Below are positions 1-8,537 of a DNA stretch of 64,000 nucleotides, in pieces. The number at the start of each line of letters is the position of its first letter. Position 1 is the stretch's first letter. Below the pieces are notes generated by a model that saw nothing but the letters and a program-made list of their open reading frames with translations, was not told the DNA's origin and did no database searches. Source of the stretch: Candidatus Multivoradales bacterium (GTDB lineage: Bacteria > Acidobacteriota > Thermoanaerobaculia > Multivoradales > J023); assembly GCA_965248925.1 (NCBI GenBank), contig CBDFLE010000006.1:4320001-4384000 (forward strand), in the 5' to 3' direction. Both the position numbers and the translations under genes were made by a program.

Positions 1-673
1 ACATGCCGCAGGGGCGCGCACCGTGGGCTGGAGCGGCCGCCATCAGCGCTTGCCAGATGGAGGGTGCATCCTCGGCATCGAGCCACAGTTCGTAGCCCAG
101 ATCGCCGGTGAAGCCGGTGCGCGAGATCACCACTTCGGCGCCCGCCAGGATGCCACGGGTGTGGCGAAAGAACTTCAGACCCTCGATATCGGCCGCGCAC
201 ACCGCTTGCAGCAACGCCCGCGAGCGAGGCCCCTGCACCGCCAGCGCCGCCTGGCTAGCTGAGCGGTCTTCGATCTCGACTTCCAGCCCGTGGGCCGAGG
301 TGTGCAACCAGCCGAGGGCTGGCTCAGCGGCGTTGAACTGGAAGGAGTTGTCGTCGAAGCGCAGCAGAGTCCCTTCTTGCAGCATCTTTCCTTGGTCGTC
401 GCACCAGGGGGTGTAGAGCACCCGGCCGGGTTGGAACTTGCTGATGTCGCGGGTCACTACCCGGTCGAGCAGGGTGGCGGCGTCTCGGCCGCTGATGCGG
501 TACTTGAGCAGCGGCGAGACATCGATTACGGCGGCGCCGTTGCGGATCGCGGCGTACTCGGGTTGATGAAAGTCGTCGTAGCAGGAGGCGGCGAAGTAGC
601 CTCCCCAGTGACGCCAAGCGAGGCTCTTGTTTAATGGTGCCGTGCAGGGGTGGAAGGGGGTGCCGGTGGCCAT
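1..673 (-). CDS. Aminomethyltransferase family protein (GcvT/DmdA-like), runs off the window edge
   Basis: Manual translation from ATG at 673: MATGTPFH...EYAAIRNGAAVIDVSPLLKY...AVQGPRS...SRTGFTGDLGYELW, all GcvT-family motifs. GAGGAG RBS upstream. Absent from the ORF track because there is no stop in the window. Confidence 0.9.
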   Translation of the reverse strand, partial: MATGTPFHPCTAPLNKSLAWRHWGGYFAASCYDDFHQPEYAAIRNGAAVIDVSPLLKYRISGRDAATLLDRVVTRDISKFQPGRVLYTPWCDDQGKMLQEGTLLRFDDNSFQFNAAEPALGWLHTSAHGLEVEIEDRSASQAALAVQGPRSRALLQAVCAADIEGLKFFRHTRGILAGAEVVISRTGFTGDLGYELWLDAEDAPSIWQALMAAAPAHGARPCGM

Positions 674-977
674 ATATCTAAGCTCCTCGGAATTCGGTGA
701 CTTGAGGGGCATCTTAAAGCATGGGTTGAAAGTCGCGCCTAGGCGCGACCAGCGGGATTGGATCCTGCGTTTGGCTGGCGGGATTGGGTGAATCGTGGGT
801 AGTCACCAATCGGTCCATGCTCGGTTCTTGCTCTTGCGGTAGGTGCCTGGTGCGTCCCTGGCGGGACGAGAGCGAGTAGCTGCAGAACTCGCGCGCTCGC
901 GCCGCCAGGATTGTAGCCGAACGATCCATGCGATGGCATATACTCCCGCCCGATTCCTTTGATCGACAAGACCAAGC

Positions 978-2579
978 ATGGCAAAGACCTACGACGCGGT
1001 AATTCTCGGCGCCGGCCACAACGGATTGGCTTGTGCCGCCTACCTGGCGCGAGCTGGCCGTTCGGTGCTGGTGTTGGAGCGTCGGCATCTGGTGGGTGGG
1101 GCGACGGTGACCGAGGAGATCTTCCCCGGCTTTCACTTCTCGGTGTGTTCCTACGTCGTCAGCCTGCTGCGTCCGGAGGTGATCAGCGAACTCGAGCTGC
1201 CGCGCCACGGCCTCGAGATTCTGCCTCTTGATGGCACCCTGACCCCAACCGCGAACGGCGACTACCTGATGCGCTGGCACGACAGCGCCGAGACCTTTCG
1301 CGAACTCGAGCGCCACTCGCCTGCCGATGCCGATGCCTATGGCCGATTCGGCCAATTGATGCACCACCTGGCCAAAACAGTGCGGCCGCTGCTGGCCACC
1401 ACCCCCGTCGACCCGACTTCGCTGGCACCGGGGCAGCTGAAGGGAATGTGGGATCTGTGGCGGCAATTCTCCGCCAGTGGCGAGCACCTTTACGATCTGG
1501 CCAAACTAATGACCATGAGCTCGGCGGACTACGTCGAACAGTGGTTCGAGACCGAAGCGCTGTGCGCCACTCTGTCGGCCAGCGGCATCATCGGCACTTT
1601 CCTCGGACCGCGTTCGCCAGGCTCGGCCTACGTCATGCTGCACCACTACATGGGCGAACTCGACGGGCACCTGCGGGCCTGGGGACTGCCTCGCGGCGGC
1701 ATGGGAGGGCTGGCCAAGGCTTTTGCCGGCGCCGCGCGGGCCGCCGGAGTGGAGATTCGCACTGAGGCGCCGGTGGAGAAGATTCTGGCCCGAGGAGGAC
1801 GAGCCTACGGCGTGGTGCTCGCAGGCGGCGAGGAAATCAGCGCTCGCAAGGTGGTTTCCAGCCTCGATCCGCGGCTCACTTTTGAGCGTTTAATGGATCC
1901 CAGCGAAGTGCCCGCCGAGCTTCTGCTGGCGATGTCGCGCTACAAAAATCGCGGTTCTTCGGCCAAGGTCAACTTGGCGCTCGATGCTTTGCCGGACTTC
2001 AGCTGCCTGCAACGGCTGCGCTCCTGGAGCGGCCTGCCTGTTGAGCGCCATCTGGCGGGGGCGATCTCGCTCAGCCCGTCGATCGATTATTTGGAACAGG
2101 CTTACGACGACGCCAAGTATGGCCGCTATTCCCGCCACCCTTACATGGATATGGTGATTCCCACCCTCACGGATCCGTCGCTGGCGCCGCCGGGCAAGCA
2201 CGTCATGTCGATCTTCGTTCAATACGCTCCCTACCAGCTCGCCGAAGGCACCTGGGAGGAGCAGCGCGAGGCGTTTGGCGACACGGTGATCGATACTCTG
2301 GCAGAGCATGTGCCCAATCTGAAGGACATCATGTTGCATCGCCAGGTGGTCACACCATGGGATCTGGAGCAGCGTTTCGGCCTTACCGAGGGCAACATCT
2401 TTCATGGCGAGTTGTCGTTGGAGCAACTTTTCTTCCTCCGGCCAGCGGTTGGCTGGGCCGACTACCGAACACCGATTCGTAACCTCTACCTGTGCGGTTC
2501 AGGCACCCATCCCGGCGGTGGCGTGATGGCCGCCCCCGGCCGCTTGGCGGCCCAGCGCATCTTGGCGGACGGGAGGTAG
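978..2579 (+). CDS. Phytoene desaturase-like FAD-dependent oxidoreductase (PYROXD2/CrtO-like)
   Basis: YDAVILGAGHNGL dinucleotide-binding motif, LERR..VGG, GNIFHG, C-terminal LYLCGSGTHPGGGV. Confidence 0.9.
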   Translation: MAKTYDAVILGAGHNGLACAAYLARAGRSVLVLERRHLVGGATVTEEIFPGFHFSVCSYVVSLLRPEVISELELPRHGLEILPLDGTLTPTANGDYLMRWHDSAETFRELERHSPADADAYGRFGQLMHHLAKTVRPLLATTPVDPTSLAPGQLKGMWDLWRQFSASGEHLYDLAKLMTMSSADYVEQWFETEALCATLSASGIIGTFLGPRSPGSAYVMLHHYMGELDGHLRAWGLPRGGMGGLAKAFAGAARAAGVEIRTEAPVEKILARGGRAYGVVLAGGEEISARKVVSSLDPRLTFERLMDPSEVPAELLLAMSRYKNRGSSAKVNLALDALPDFSCLQRLRSWSGLPVERHLAGAISLSPSIDYLEQAYDDAKYGRYSRHPYMDMVIPTLTDPSLAPPGKHVMSIFVQYAPYQLAEGTWEEQREAFGDTVIDTLAEHVPNLKDIMLHRQVVTPWDLEQRFGLTEGNIFHGELSLEQLFFLRPAVGWADYRTPIRNLYLCGSGTHPGGGVMAAPGRLAAQRILADGR

Positions 2580-2585
2580 ACGGCA

Positions 2586-4169
2586 GTGGCGCGCTACGAC
2601 GCAGTGGTGATCGGGGCAGGTGCCGAGGGTTTGGTTTGTGCCGCCTATCTGGCTGGCGCCGGCCGCTCGGTGGTGTTGGTGGATGGTGCCGAGCAGGTAG
2701 GCGGTGGCCTGCAAAGTGATGAGCTGGCGTCCGGGTTCAAGGTGCCAGCGACTTACGCTTCGGTCGAGACCTTCGATCCTGAGATCACCGCCGAGTTGGA
2801 TCTCGGCAGTCTGGGTCTGGAGATCTTGCCAGTTGGCGGGGTGTTTGTTCCCCGCCCCGGCGCTGAGGGTCTTTACCTGCCTCCTCCGGACGACGCTGAT
2901 CCGTTGGCCGCTGCCGTTGCAGCGATTTCTCGATTGTCGTTGGCCGACGCTGAGGCTTTTACTGAGTTTGATGGCTTTTTGCGGCGTCTGGCGACGGTGT
3001 TGCAGCCATTGCTGGCGAATCCCTTGCCCCAGCTGCCGCCACGCGGTGCCAGGGGCCTTCTGGCGTTGGCGCGGCCGGCGCTGGCGGCACGGCGCTTGGG
3101 CACGGCGACCCTGGCCGAGGTATTGCGGTTTGGGCCGATGCCGATCGCCGATGTCATGGGCGAGCGTTTCGAGTCGCATGCGCTGGCGGTGGCGGTGACG
3201 GCCGGCGCCTTGGCGGGGTCTTGGCTCGGCCCTCGCTCGCCGGGTAGTGCCCTCAACTTGCTGCTCCATCGCTGCGGCCGGTGTCGGGGGGCGATCGCCT
3301 ACCCGAGCTTTGCCCGCGGCGGCAGTGGTTCTTTGGCGACGGCGCTAGCGGCGGCAGCAAGAGCTGCCGGGGCTGAACTGCGGCTCGGCACGGCGGTTGA
3401 GCGGATCGAGGTCGCGGGTGGACGAGCGTGCGCTGTTCGCCTGGTGGGCGGCGAGCGTCTTGCCGCCACAACGGTGATTTCCACTGCCGACCCGCGGACC
3501 ACTTTGCTCGATTTGCTGCCCAGCGGTCAGCTGGGGGTCAGCTTCCTGCGTCAGGTGCGGCAGATCCGCGGTCGTGGCGCGTTGGCGACGGTGGCATTCG
3601 CGGTCGATCAGTCGCCGGCTTTTGATGGCGCTCCCCAAGACCCCCACCTGCTCGCCGGGCGAATCCACGTCGCCGCCCATCTTGACGATCTCGAGCGGGC
3701 CTACGACGACGCGAAATACGGCCGCTTGCCCCGTCGCCCCTATCTCGACGTGACGGTGCCGTCGGCAGCTGATCCCAGCCTAGCTCCGGCTGGTCAACAC
3801 GTCGTCCACGCCGTCGTGCAATTTCCGCCCTACACCCTGCGCCAGGGCGACTGGGAAGGGCAGCGGGAGTTTCTTGGCGATGTCGTCGAGAGCACTTTGG
3901 CTGAGGCGGCGCCCGGTTTCAGTGCCACCGTTCTGCATCGTCGGGTGCTGACTCCGCTCGACATCGAGCGCCGATTTGCTGCTCGCGAGGGCTGTCTCTA
4001 CCAGGTCGAACCGGCTCTCGACCAGTTGCTGTGGATGCGGCCGATCCCCGGCTGGAGCCGTCATGATACGCCGATCGAAGGTCTTTGGCTGGGTGGTTCT
4101 GGAAGCCACGGCGGCGGTCCCCTGAGTGGCCTTGCTGGCCGCAATGCGGCTCGGCGCGCGCTCGGCTGA
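2586..4169 (+). CDS. Second, more divergent phytoene desaturase-like oxidoreductase
   Basis: YDAVVIGAGAEGL, AYDDAKYG, DPSLAPAGQHV, LWLGGSGSHGGG; paralog of the upstream gene, 6 bp apart. Confidence 0.85.
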   Translation: MARYDAVVIGAGAEGLVCAAYLAGAGRSVVLVDGAEQVGGGLQSDELASGFKVPATYASVETFDPEITAELDLGSLGLEILPVGGVFVPRPGAEGLYLPPPDDADPLAAAVAAISRLSLADAEAFTEFDGFLRRLATVLQPLLANPLPQLPPRGARGLLALARPALAARRLGTATLAEVLRFGPMPIADVMGERFESHALAVAVTAGALAGSWLGPRSPGSALNLLLHRCGRCRGAIAYPSFARGGSGSLATALAAAARAAGAELRLGTAVERIEVAGGRACAVRLVGGERLAATTVISTADPRTTLLDLLPSGQLGVSFLRQVRQIRGRGALATVAFAVDQSPAFDGAPQDPHLLAGRIHVAAHLDDLERAYDDAKYGRLPRRPYLDVTVPSAADPSLAPAGQHVVHAVVQFPPYTLRQGDWEGQREFLGDVVESTLAEAAPGFSATVLHRRVLTPLDIERRFAAREGCLYQVEPALDQLLWMRPIPGWSRHDTPIEGLWLGGSGSHGGGPLSGLAGRNAARRALG

Positions 4170-4395
4170 CCGCCGCACTATCGCAGTGGCTTGCCCTTCT
4201 GACCGCGGCACCGGAGGTGTTCACTGATCAGTGGATCCGCCAGTGAAATCTGACTATCACCAGCAACACGTTCCCACTCGTTGCGCGGCTGGCGATGCCC
4301 TAGAGGAATTGCTGCAGCTGCCTAAGCGGCAAGTGCGCTAAGTCCCTCTGGTGGTGGCTGGTGTGTGTCCCGCCTTTGCCTTGTCCGGATATGGG

Positions 4396-4433
4396 AAAGC
4401 CGCCGGTGGGGTCTCCCGCTGGCGGCTTTTTTT
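4396..4433. terminator. Intrinsic terminator between convergent genes
   Basis: AAAGCCGCCGGTGGG-GTCT-CCCGCTGGCGGCTTTTTTT hairpin with a T-tract. Confidence 0.75.
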
Positions 4434-4462
4434 GGCTCCGGCAAAGCCGTGCTGCGGCTGAC

Positions 4463-4666
4463 TCAGTCGTTGAGCACGAAGGTCACTTTGAGGTTGACCC
4501 GGTAGCCGGTGATCTTGCCGTTGTCGCAGACCACTTTCTGGCCATCGACCCAGGCGCCGGTGACGTTCCTGAGGGTCTTGCTGGCACGGGAGACGCCCTG
4601 CTCGATGGCGTGTTGGAAGCTCTTGGGCGAAGTCGAGGTGATTTCGGTAGTTTTGGCAATGGACAT
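4463..4666 (-). CDS. Dodecin family flavin-binding protein
   Basis: 67 aa: SIAKTTEITSTSPKSFQHAIEQGVSRASKTLRNVTGAWV...YRVNLKVTFVL. Confidence 0.9.
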   Translation of the reverse strand: MSIAKTTEITSTSPKSFQHAIEQGVSRASKTLRNVTGAWVDGQKVVCDNGKITGYRVNLKVTFVLND

Positions 4667-4681
4667 TTTTGGGCTCCTATC

Positions 4682-4885
4682 TCAGCCTTTGAGGATGAAA
4701 GAAATTTTCAGGTTGACTCGGTAAATGGTGATCCGACCGTTGTCGCACTCGACCTTCTGGCCATCGACCCAGGCGCCGGTGATGCCGTCTAGGGTCTCGC
4801 TGGCGCGGGCCAGCCCTTGGGCGATGGCGTCTTGGAAGCTCACGGTCGAGGTCGAGCTAATCTCTGTGACTTTAGCAATGGACAT
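4682..4885 (-). CDS. Dodecin family flavin-binding protein (tandem paralog)
   Basis: 67 aa, same pattern as the neighbouring dodecin; AGGAAT RBS. Confidence 0.9.
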   Translation of the reverse strand: MSIAKVTEISSTSTVSFQDAIAQGLARASETLDGITGAWVDGQKVECDNGRITIYRVNLKISFILKG

Positions 4886-5072
4886 GGGATTCTATTCCTC
4901 CTGACGTTGAGGGTAGTCGCCCAGGGGCGACCGCCTTGTGGGTTCATAGCTAGCGGAGCTTTCTCCGGGGAAAGAGGTTCATTCTGGTTGAGAGCGGGAA
5001 CTCTCGCCCATCTTACCAGCATCTCGGATGCCGGCTACTAGCGGGTTAAAGGCGGCGGTAGAGAGGTTGAGT

Positions 5073-5756
5073 TCAGCTGACGTCGCCGTCGTCGATCCAG
5101 CCGTCTTTGAGGTTGATCACGCGATCACCGTAGGCGGCGTTGGCTGCTGAGTGGGTCACCTGGATGATCGTCGTGCCGCTCTGATTGAGTTCTTTGAACA
5201 GCTCCATGATCTCCTGCGCTTGGCCGGAATGCAGATTGCCGGTGGGCTCGTCAGCGAGGATCACTTTGGGGCTCATGATCACCGCGCGGGCGATGCCCAC
5301 CAGCTGCTGCTGGCCGCCTGAGAGCTGAGCTGGGAAGAGATCTTTCTTGCCGACAATCTGGAATCGGTCGAGGACATCGCAGACCATCGACTGGCGCTCG
5401 CGCCGCTTGACCTTGCGATAGGTCAGCGGCACTTCGAGATTCTCGTACACGGTCAGGTCGTCGAGCAGATGGTAGCTCTGGAAGACGAAGCCCATGTAGC
5501 GCTTGTGCAGCTCGTTGCGTTGCCGGGTCTTCAGCCGGTGAACGGCGTGACCATCGAGGGTGTACTCGCCCTGCCAGTTGCCATCGAGCATGCCAAGGAT
5601 GTGCAGCAGAGTGGACTTGCCGGCCCCCGAGGGGCCCATGATGGTGACGAATTCACCGTCGGCAATCTCGATACCGATCCGGCGCAACACGTAGGTGCGG
5701 CCGAATCCAGATTCGTAGTACCGCTCCAGGTCGTGGGTTTGGATCAACTTGGTCAT
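5073..5756 (-). CDS. ABC transporter ATP-binding protein (MacB/LolD type)
   Basis: Walker [10 protein letters not shown], signature [17 protein letters not shown]. Confidence 0.95.
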   Translation of the reverse strand: MTKLIQTHDLERYYESGFGRTYVLRRIGIEIADGEFVTIMGPSGAGKSTLLHILGMLDGNWQGEYTLDGHAVHRLKTRQRNELHKRYMGFVFQSYHLLDDLTVYENLEVPLTYRKVKRRERQSMVCDVLDRFQIVGKKDLFPAQLSGGQQQLVGIARAVIMSPKVILADEPTGNLHSGQAQEIMELFKELNQSGTTIIQVTHSAANAAYGDRVINLKDGWIDDGDVS

Positions 5757-5809
5757 AAGCTACCAGCGAGGCTGAGCGGGGTCGGTGACCCCCGCTAGCT
5801 TCGGTCCAG

Positions 5810-6499
5810 TCAAGCGGCGTCTGCTTCCTCGACCACCCGGCCGTCGAAGAGATGCACACTGCGCTCGGCATGGGCGGCATAGCGTGGATCGTGGGTGACC
5901 ATGCAGATCGTCGAGCCGGCTTTGTGGAGTTCTTTCATCAAATCCATCACCGCTTCGCCATTGGTCGAGTCGAGGTTGCCGGTGGGCTCGTCGGCGAGCA
6001 CGATCGAGGGGTCGCCGACCACTGCCCGGGCCACCGCCACGCGCTGCTGCTGACCGCCTGAAAGCTGTGCCGGGTAATGCTTCATCCGGTGGGCCATGCC
6101 AACCCGCTCGAGGGCTATCTGGACCTTTTTCTTGCGTTCCGCTGAGGCCGTGCCGCGGTAGGTGAGGGGGAGTTCGACGTTCTCGTACACCGTCAGGTCG
6201 CCGATCAGATTGAAGGCTTGGAAAATGAAGCCGACCTCGCGATTGCGGATCCGCGCCCGATCACTCAGGCTGAGCTTGGCGACCGGCTTGCCATTCAATG
6301 TGTAAGTACCCTCTGAGGGGCTGTCGAGTAGGCCGAGGATCGACAGTAGGGTCGACTTACCACAGCCTGAGGGGCCTGCGATGCAGACATACTCGCCGGT
6401 CTTGATGTCCAGGTGAATGCCGGATAGAGCATGGGTTTCCACGTCCTCGGTGTAGAAGACTTTGGTGACTCCTTCGAGCCTGATGAGTGTTTCGGACAT
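5810..6499 (-). CDS. ABC transporter ATP-binding protein (MacB/LolD type)
   Basis: [31 protein letters not shown]. Confidence 0.95.
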   Translation of the reverse strand: MSETLIRLEGVTKVFYTEDVETHALSGIHLDIKTGEYVCIAGPSGCGKSTLLSILGLLDSPSEGTYTLNGKPVAKLSLSDRARIRNREVGFIFQAFNLIGDLTVYENVELPLTYRGTASAERKKKVQIALERVGMAHRMKHYPAQLSGGQQQRVAVARAVVGDPSIVLADEPTGNLDSTNGEAVMDLMKELHKAGSTICMVTHDPRYAAHAERSVHLFDGRVVEEADAA

Positions 6500-6640
6500 T
6501 GCTTCTCCTCCTGTGGCGGGCCGCTTGCGCTAAAGGCGCTATCGGTCGAGTCGGTGACTGCTGTGGCTTGATTCGTCCTTAGTCGAGTATACGCATCGAC
6601 TAGCTCGGGTGTTACGTATTACCAGGATTCCATTGGGCGA

Positions 6641-7903
6641 TCAGTTGAGGGTGATTCGGTCGGCCTCGTCCCAGGCGCTGGTGTCGGAGAGGATCACCTT
6701 GTCGCCCTCGCGTAGTCCGCCGAGAATTTCGATGGTCTGCACCGAGGTGCGGCCGAGTTTAACCTGCACCCTATCGGCACTCTTGCCGTCGGCGGCGACT
6801 TGGAACAGACCGACGGTGCTGTTCGGCTGCACGTAGACCGGGCGTTGCACATGCAAGACGTTTTCTAGTCGCTCGAGTTCAACAGTTCCGTCGACGCTGA
6901 GGTCGGGTCGCGCACCTTTGGGCAGCGCCCCGATGAGTTCCACGTCGATGGTCACCGACCCCTGTTGGACTGCCGGATCGATTCGCGAAACTCGGCCTTC
7001 GATGATGCCGTTAACTCCAGCGCGGGTGTCGATGCGGGCCACTTGGCCGATCTGGATATCTTTGGCTTGAGTCTCGTTGATGCGCAGCTCGGCCATCAGT
7101 TTGCTGGGCTGGGCGACTCGCGCCAGGATGGTGGTGGGATCGATGCGCTGCCCTTCTTCGACCGGTACTTCTTGCAGCACGCCGTCGATTCCAGCTCGGA
7201 CCCGCAGTGAGTCGAGCTGGCTGGCACGTAGACCGTACAGGGCGCGTCGCTGTTCCAAGGCCGACTGCTGGGCAGCAAGCTGGGCGTTGATCGACTCGCT
7301 GGTTTTCTCGAGGCGCTCTTCTTCGATGCCCAGCCGCAGTTTCAGCTGGTCCGCGGTGAGCTGTGACTGGCGCAGACGGATATCGGGGATCAAGCCTTCA
7401 TCATTGAGTTTGACATTGGCTTCACGCTCGAGATCGGCGCTTTGGTAGTCGGATTTGACACTGGCCAGATTGGCTTTCTGGTCGAGCAGGTTGCTTTGTA
7501 GCCGGGCTTCCAGGTCGCGATAGGCCGCTACGGCGCCAGCGAGTTGCAGCTGAGCGTCTAGCACTTCCTGCTCCAACGACGGATTGGAGAGTTCGAGGAT
7601 GATGCTGGCGGCGGTGACTATGGCACCGGCGTCGATGATGATGTGTTCGACCCGGCCGTTGGTCTCGGCCGAAATCCAGCGGATCTCCTCCGGCACCAAG
7701 CTGCCGGGGCCACGTACCGCGCGTAGCATTTCGCCGCGCTTGACGGTTTCCACCCAAACGGACGACGCCTCGACCCGCCGAGCGGCAGGCTCCAGCCGGC
7801 TGAGAAAATAGGTGATCAGGGCGACGACCGCGAGGACAGCGACCACGGTCATGATTCGTTTGCGTTGCAGTTGCTTCTTGCGCTCCGGACGTTGGATGTC
7901 CAT
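6641..7903 (-). CDS. HlyD/MacA-family periplasmic adaptor subunit
   Basis: N-terminal TM, lipoyl-like halves (GRVEHI; VRAGIDGVL) around a long coiled coil, C-terminal GLREGDKVI. Confidence 0.9.
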   Translation of the reverse strand: MDIQRPERKKQLQRKRIMTVVAVLAVVALITYFLSRLEPAARRVEASSVWVETVKRGEMLRAVRGPGSLVPEEIRWISAETNGRVEHIIIDAGAIVTAASIILELSNPSLEQEVLDAQLQLAGAVAAYRDLEARLQSNLLDQKANLASVKSDYQSADLEREANVKLNDEGLIPDIRLRQSQLTADQLKLRLGIEEERLEKTSESINAQLAAQQSALEQRRALYGLRASQLDSLRVRAGIDGVLQEVPVEEGQRIDPTTILARVAQPSKLMAELRINETQAKDIQIGQVARIDTRAGVNGIIEGRVSRIDPAVQQGSVTIDVELIGALPKGARPDLSVDGTVELERLENVLHVQRPVYVQPNSTVGLFQVAADGKSADRVQVKLGRTSVQTIEILGGLREGDKVILSDTSAWDEADRITLN

Positions 7904-7929
7904 AGGATCCTCCTGACCGACTTAGTTAG

Positions 7930-7944
7930 GCAAGGCTCATGCCA
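7930..7944 (-). promoter_or_regulatory. Putative sigma54 (-24/-12) promoter of the HlyD-ABC operon
   Basis: Minus strand TGGCAT-GAGCC-TTGC matches TGGCAC-N5-TTGC, ~27 bp upstream of the ATG at 7903. Confidence 0.7.
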
Positions 7945-8125
7945 TGGGTTCATGGGCTCTACGTAGTTGGATCCCGCCGGGTTGCGGTGCTGAGTTAGGA
8001 AAAGACCGTCCGTTTGTGGGATGCGGCCGTCCCATGAGCGAACGGCAACGGTTTCGAAACCGCGGCTCGCGGCGACGTTCAGCGGCCCTTGGCCGTAGAC
8101 CCACTGAGAACCGTCGGTAGAGGAC

Positions 8126-8422
8126 TCAATCGTTGGCGGCGGCCAGAGCGTCGATCCGGCGAGCCAGGGCGAGGTCGTGCTCGCTCAGTGCGCCGACATC
8201 GTGGGTGCTCAAATCGATAGTGAGTCGATTGTAGACGTTGAACCACTCGGGATGGTGGCCTTGGGCTTCGGCTACCAGGGCAACGCTGGACATGAAACCG
8301 AAAGCGCTTACGAAGTCGTCGAACAGCAGCTCGCGATGGAGCTTGCCGTCCTTCAGTGTCCAAGCGGTAAGCTCACGGAGGGCTGCTTCGATCTGTGGTG
8401 GGCTGAGTTTCTCGACCGACAT
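8126..8422 (-). CDS. phhB: Pterin-4-alpha-carbinolamine dehydratase
   Basis: AEAQGHHPEWFNVYNRLTIDLSTHDVGALSEHD signature; likely start MSVEKLS at 8422. Confidence 0.9.
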   Translation of the reverse strand: MSVEKLSPPQIEAALRELTAWTLKDGKLHRELLFDDFVSAFGFMSSVALVAEAQGHHPEWFNVYNRLTIDLSTHDVGALSEHDLALARRIDALAAAND

Positions 8423-8537
8423 GAAGTCCTCGCCAAGCGGCTGTGCCCGGCGGGGCTCGAACCTTGTCAATCGGCGCCGCGGGACAGGGTTTAGGGATTT
8501 TCACGATTCATTGCGGTTAGCATAATGGAAGAGTTCT

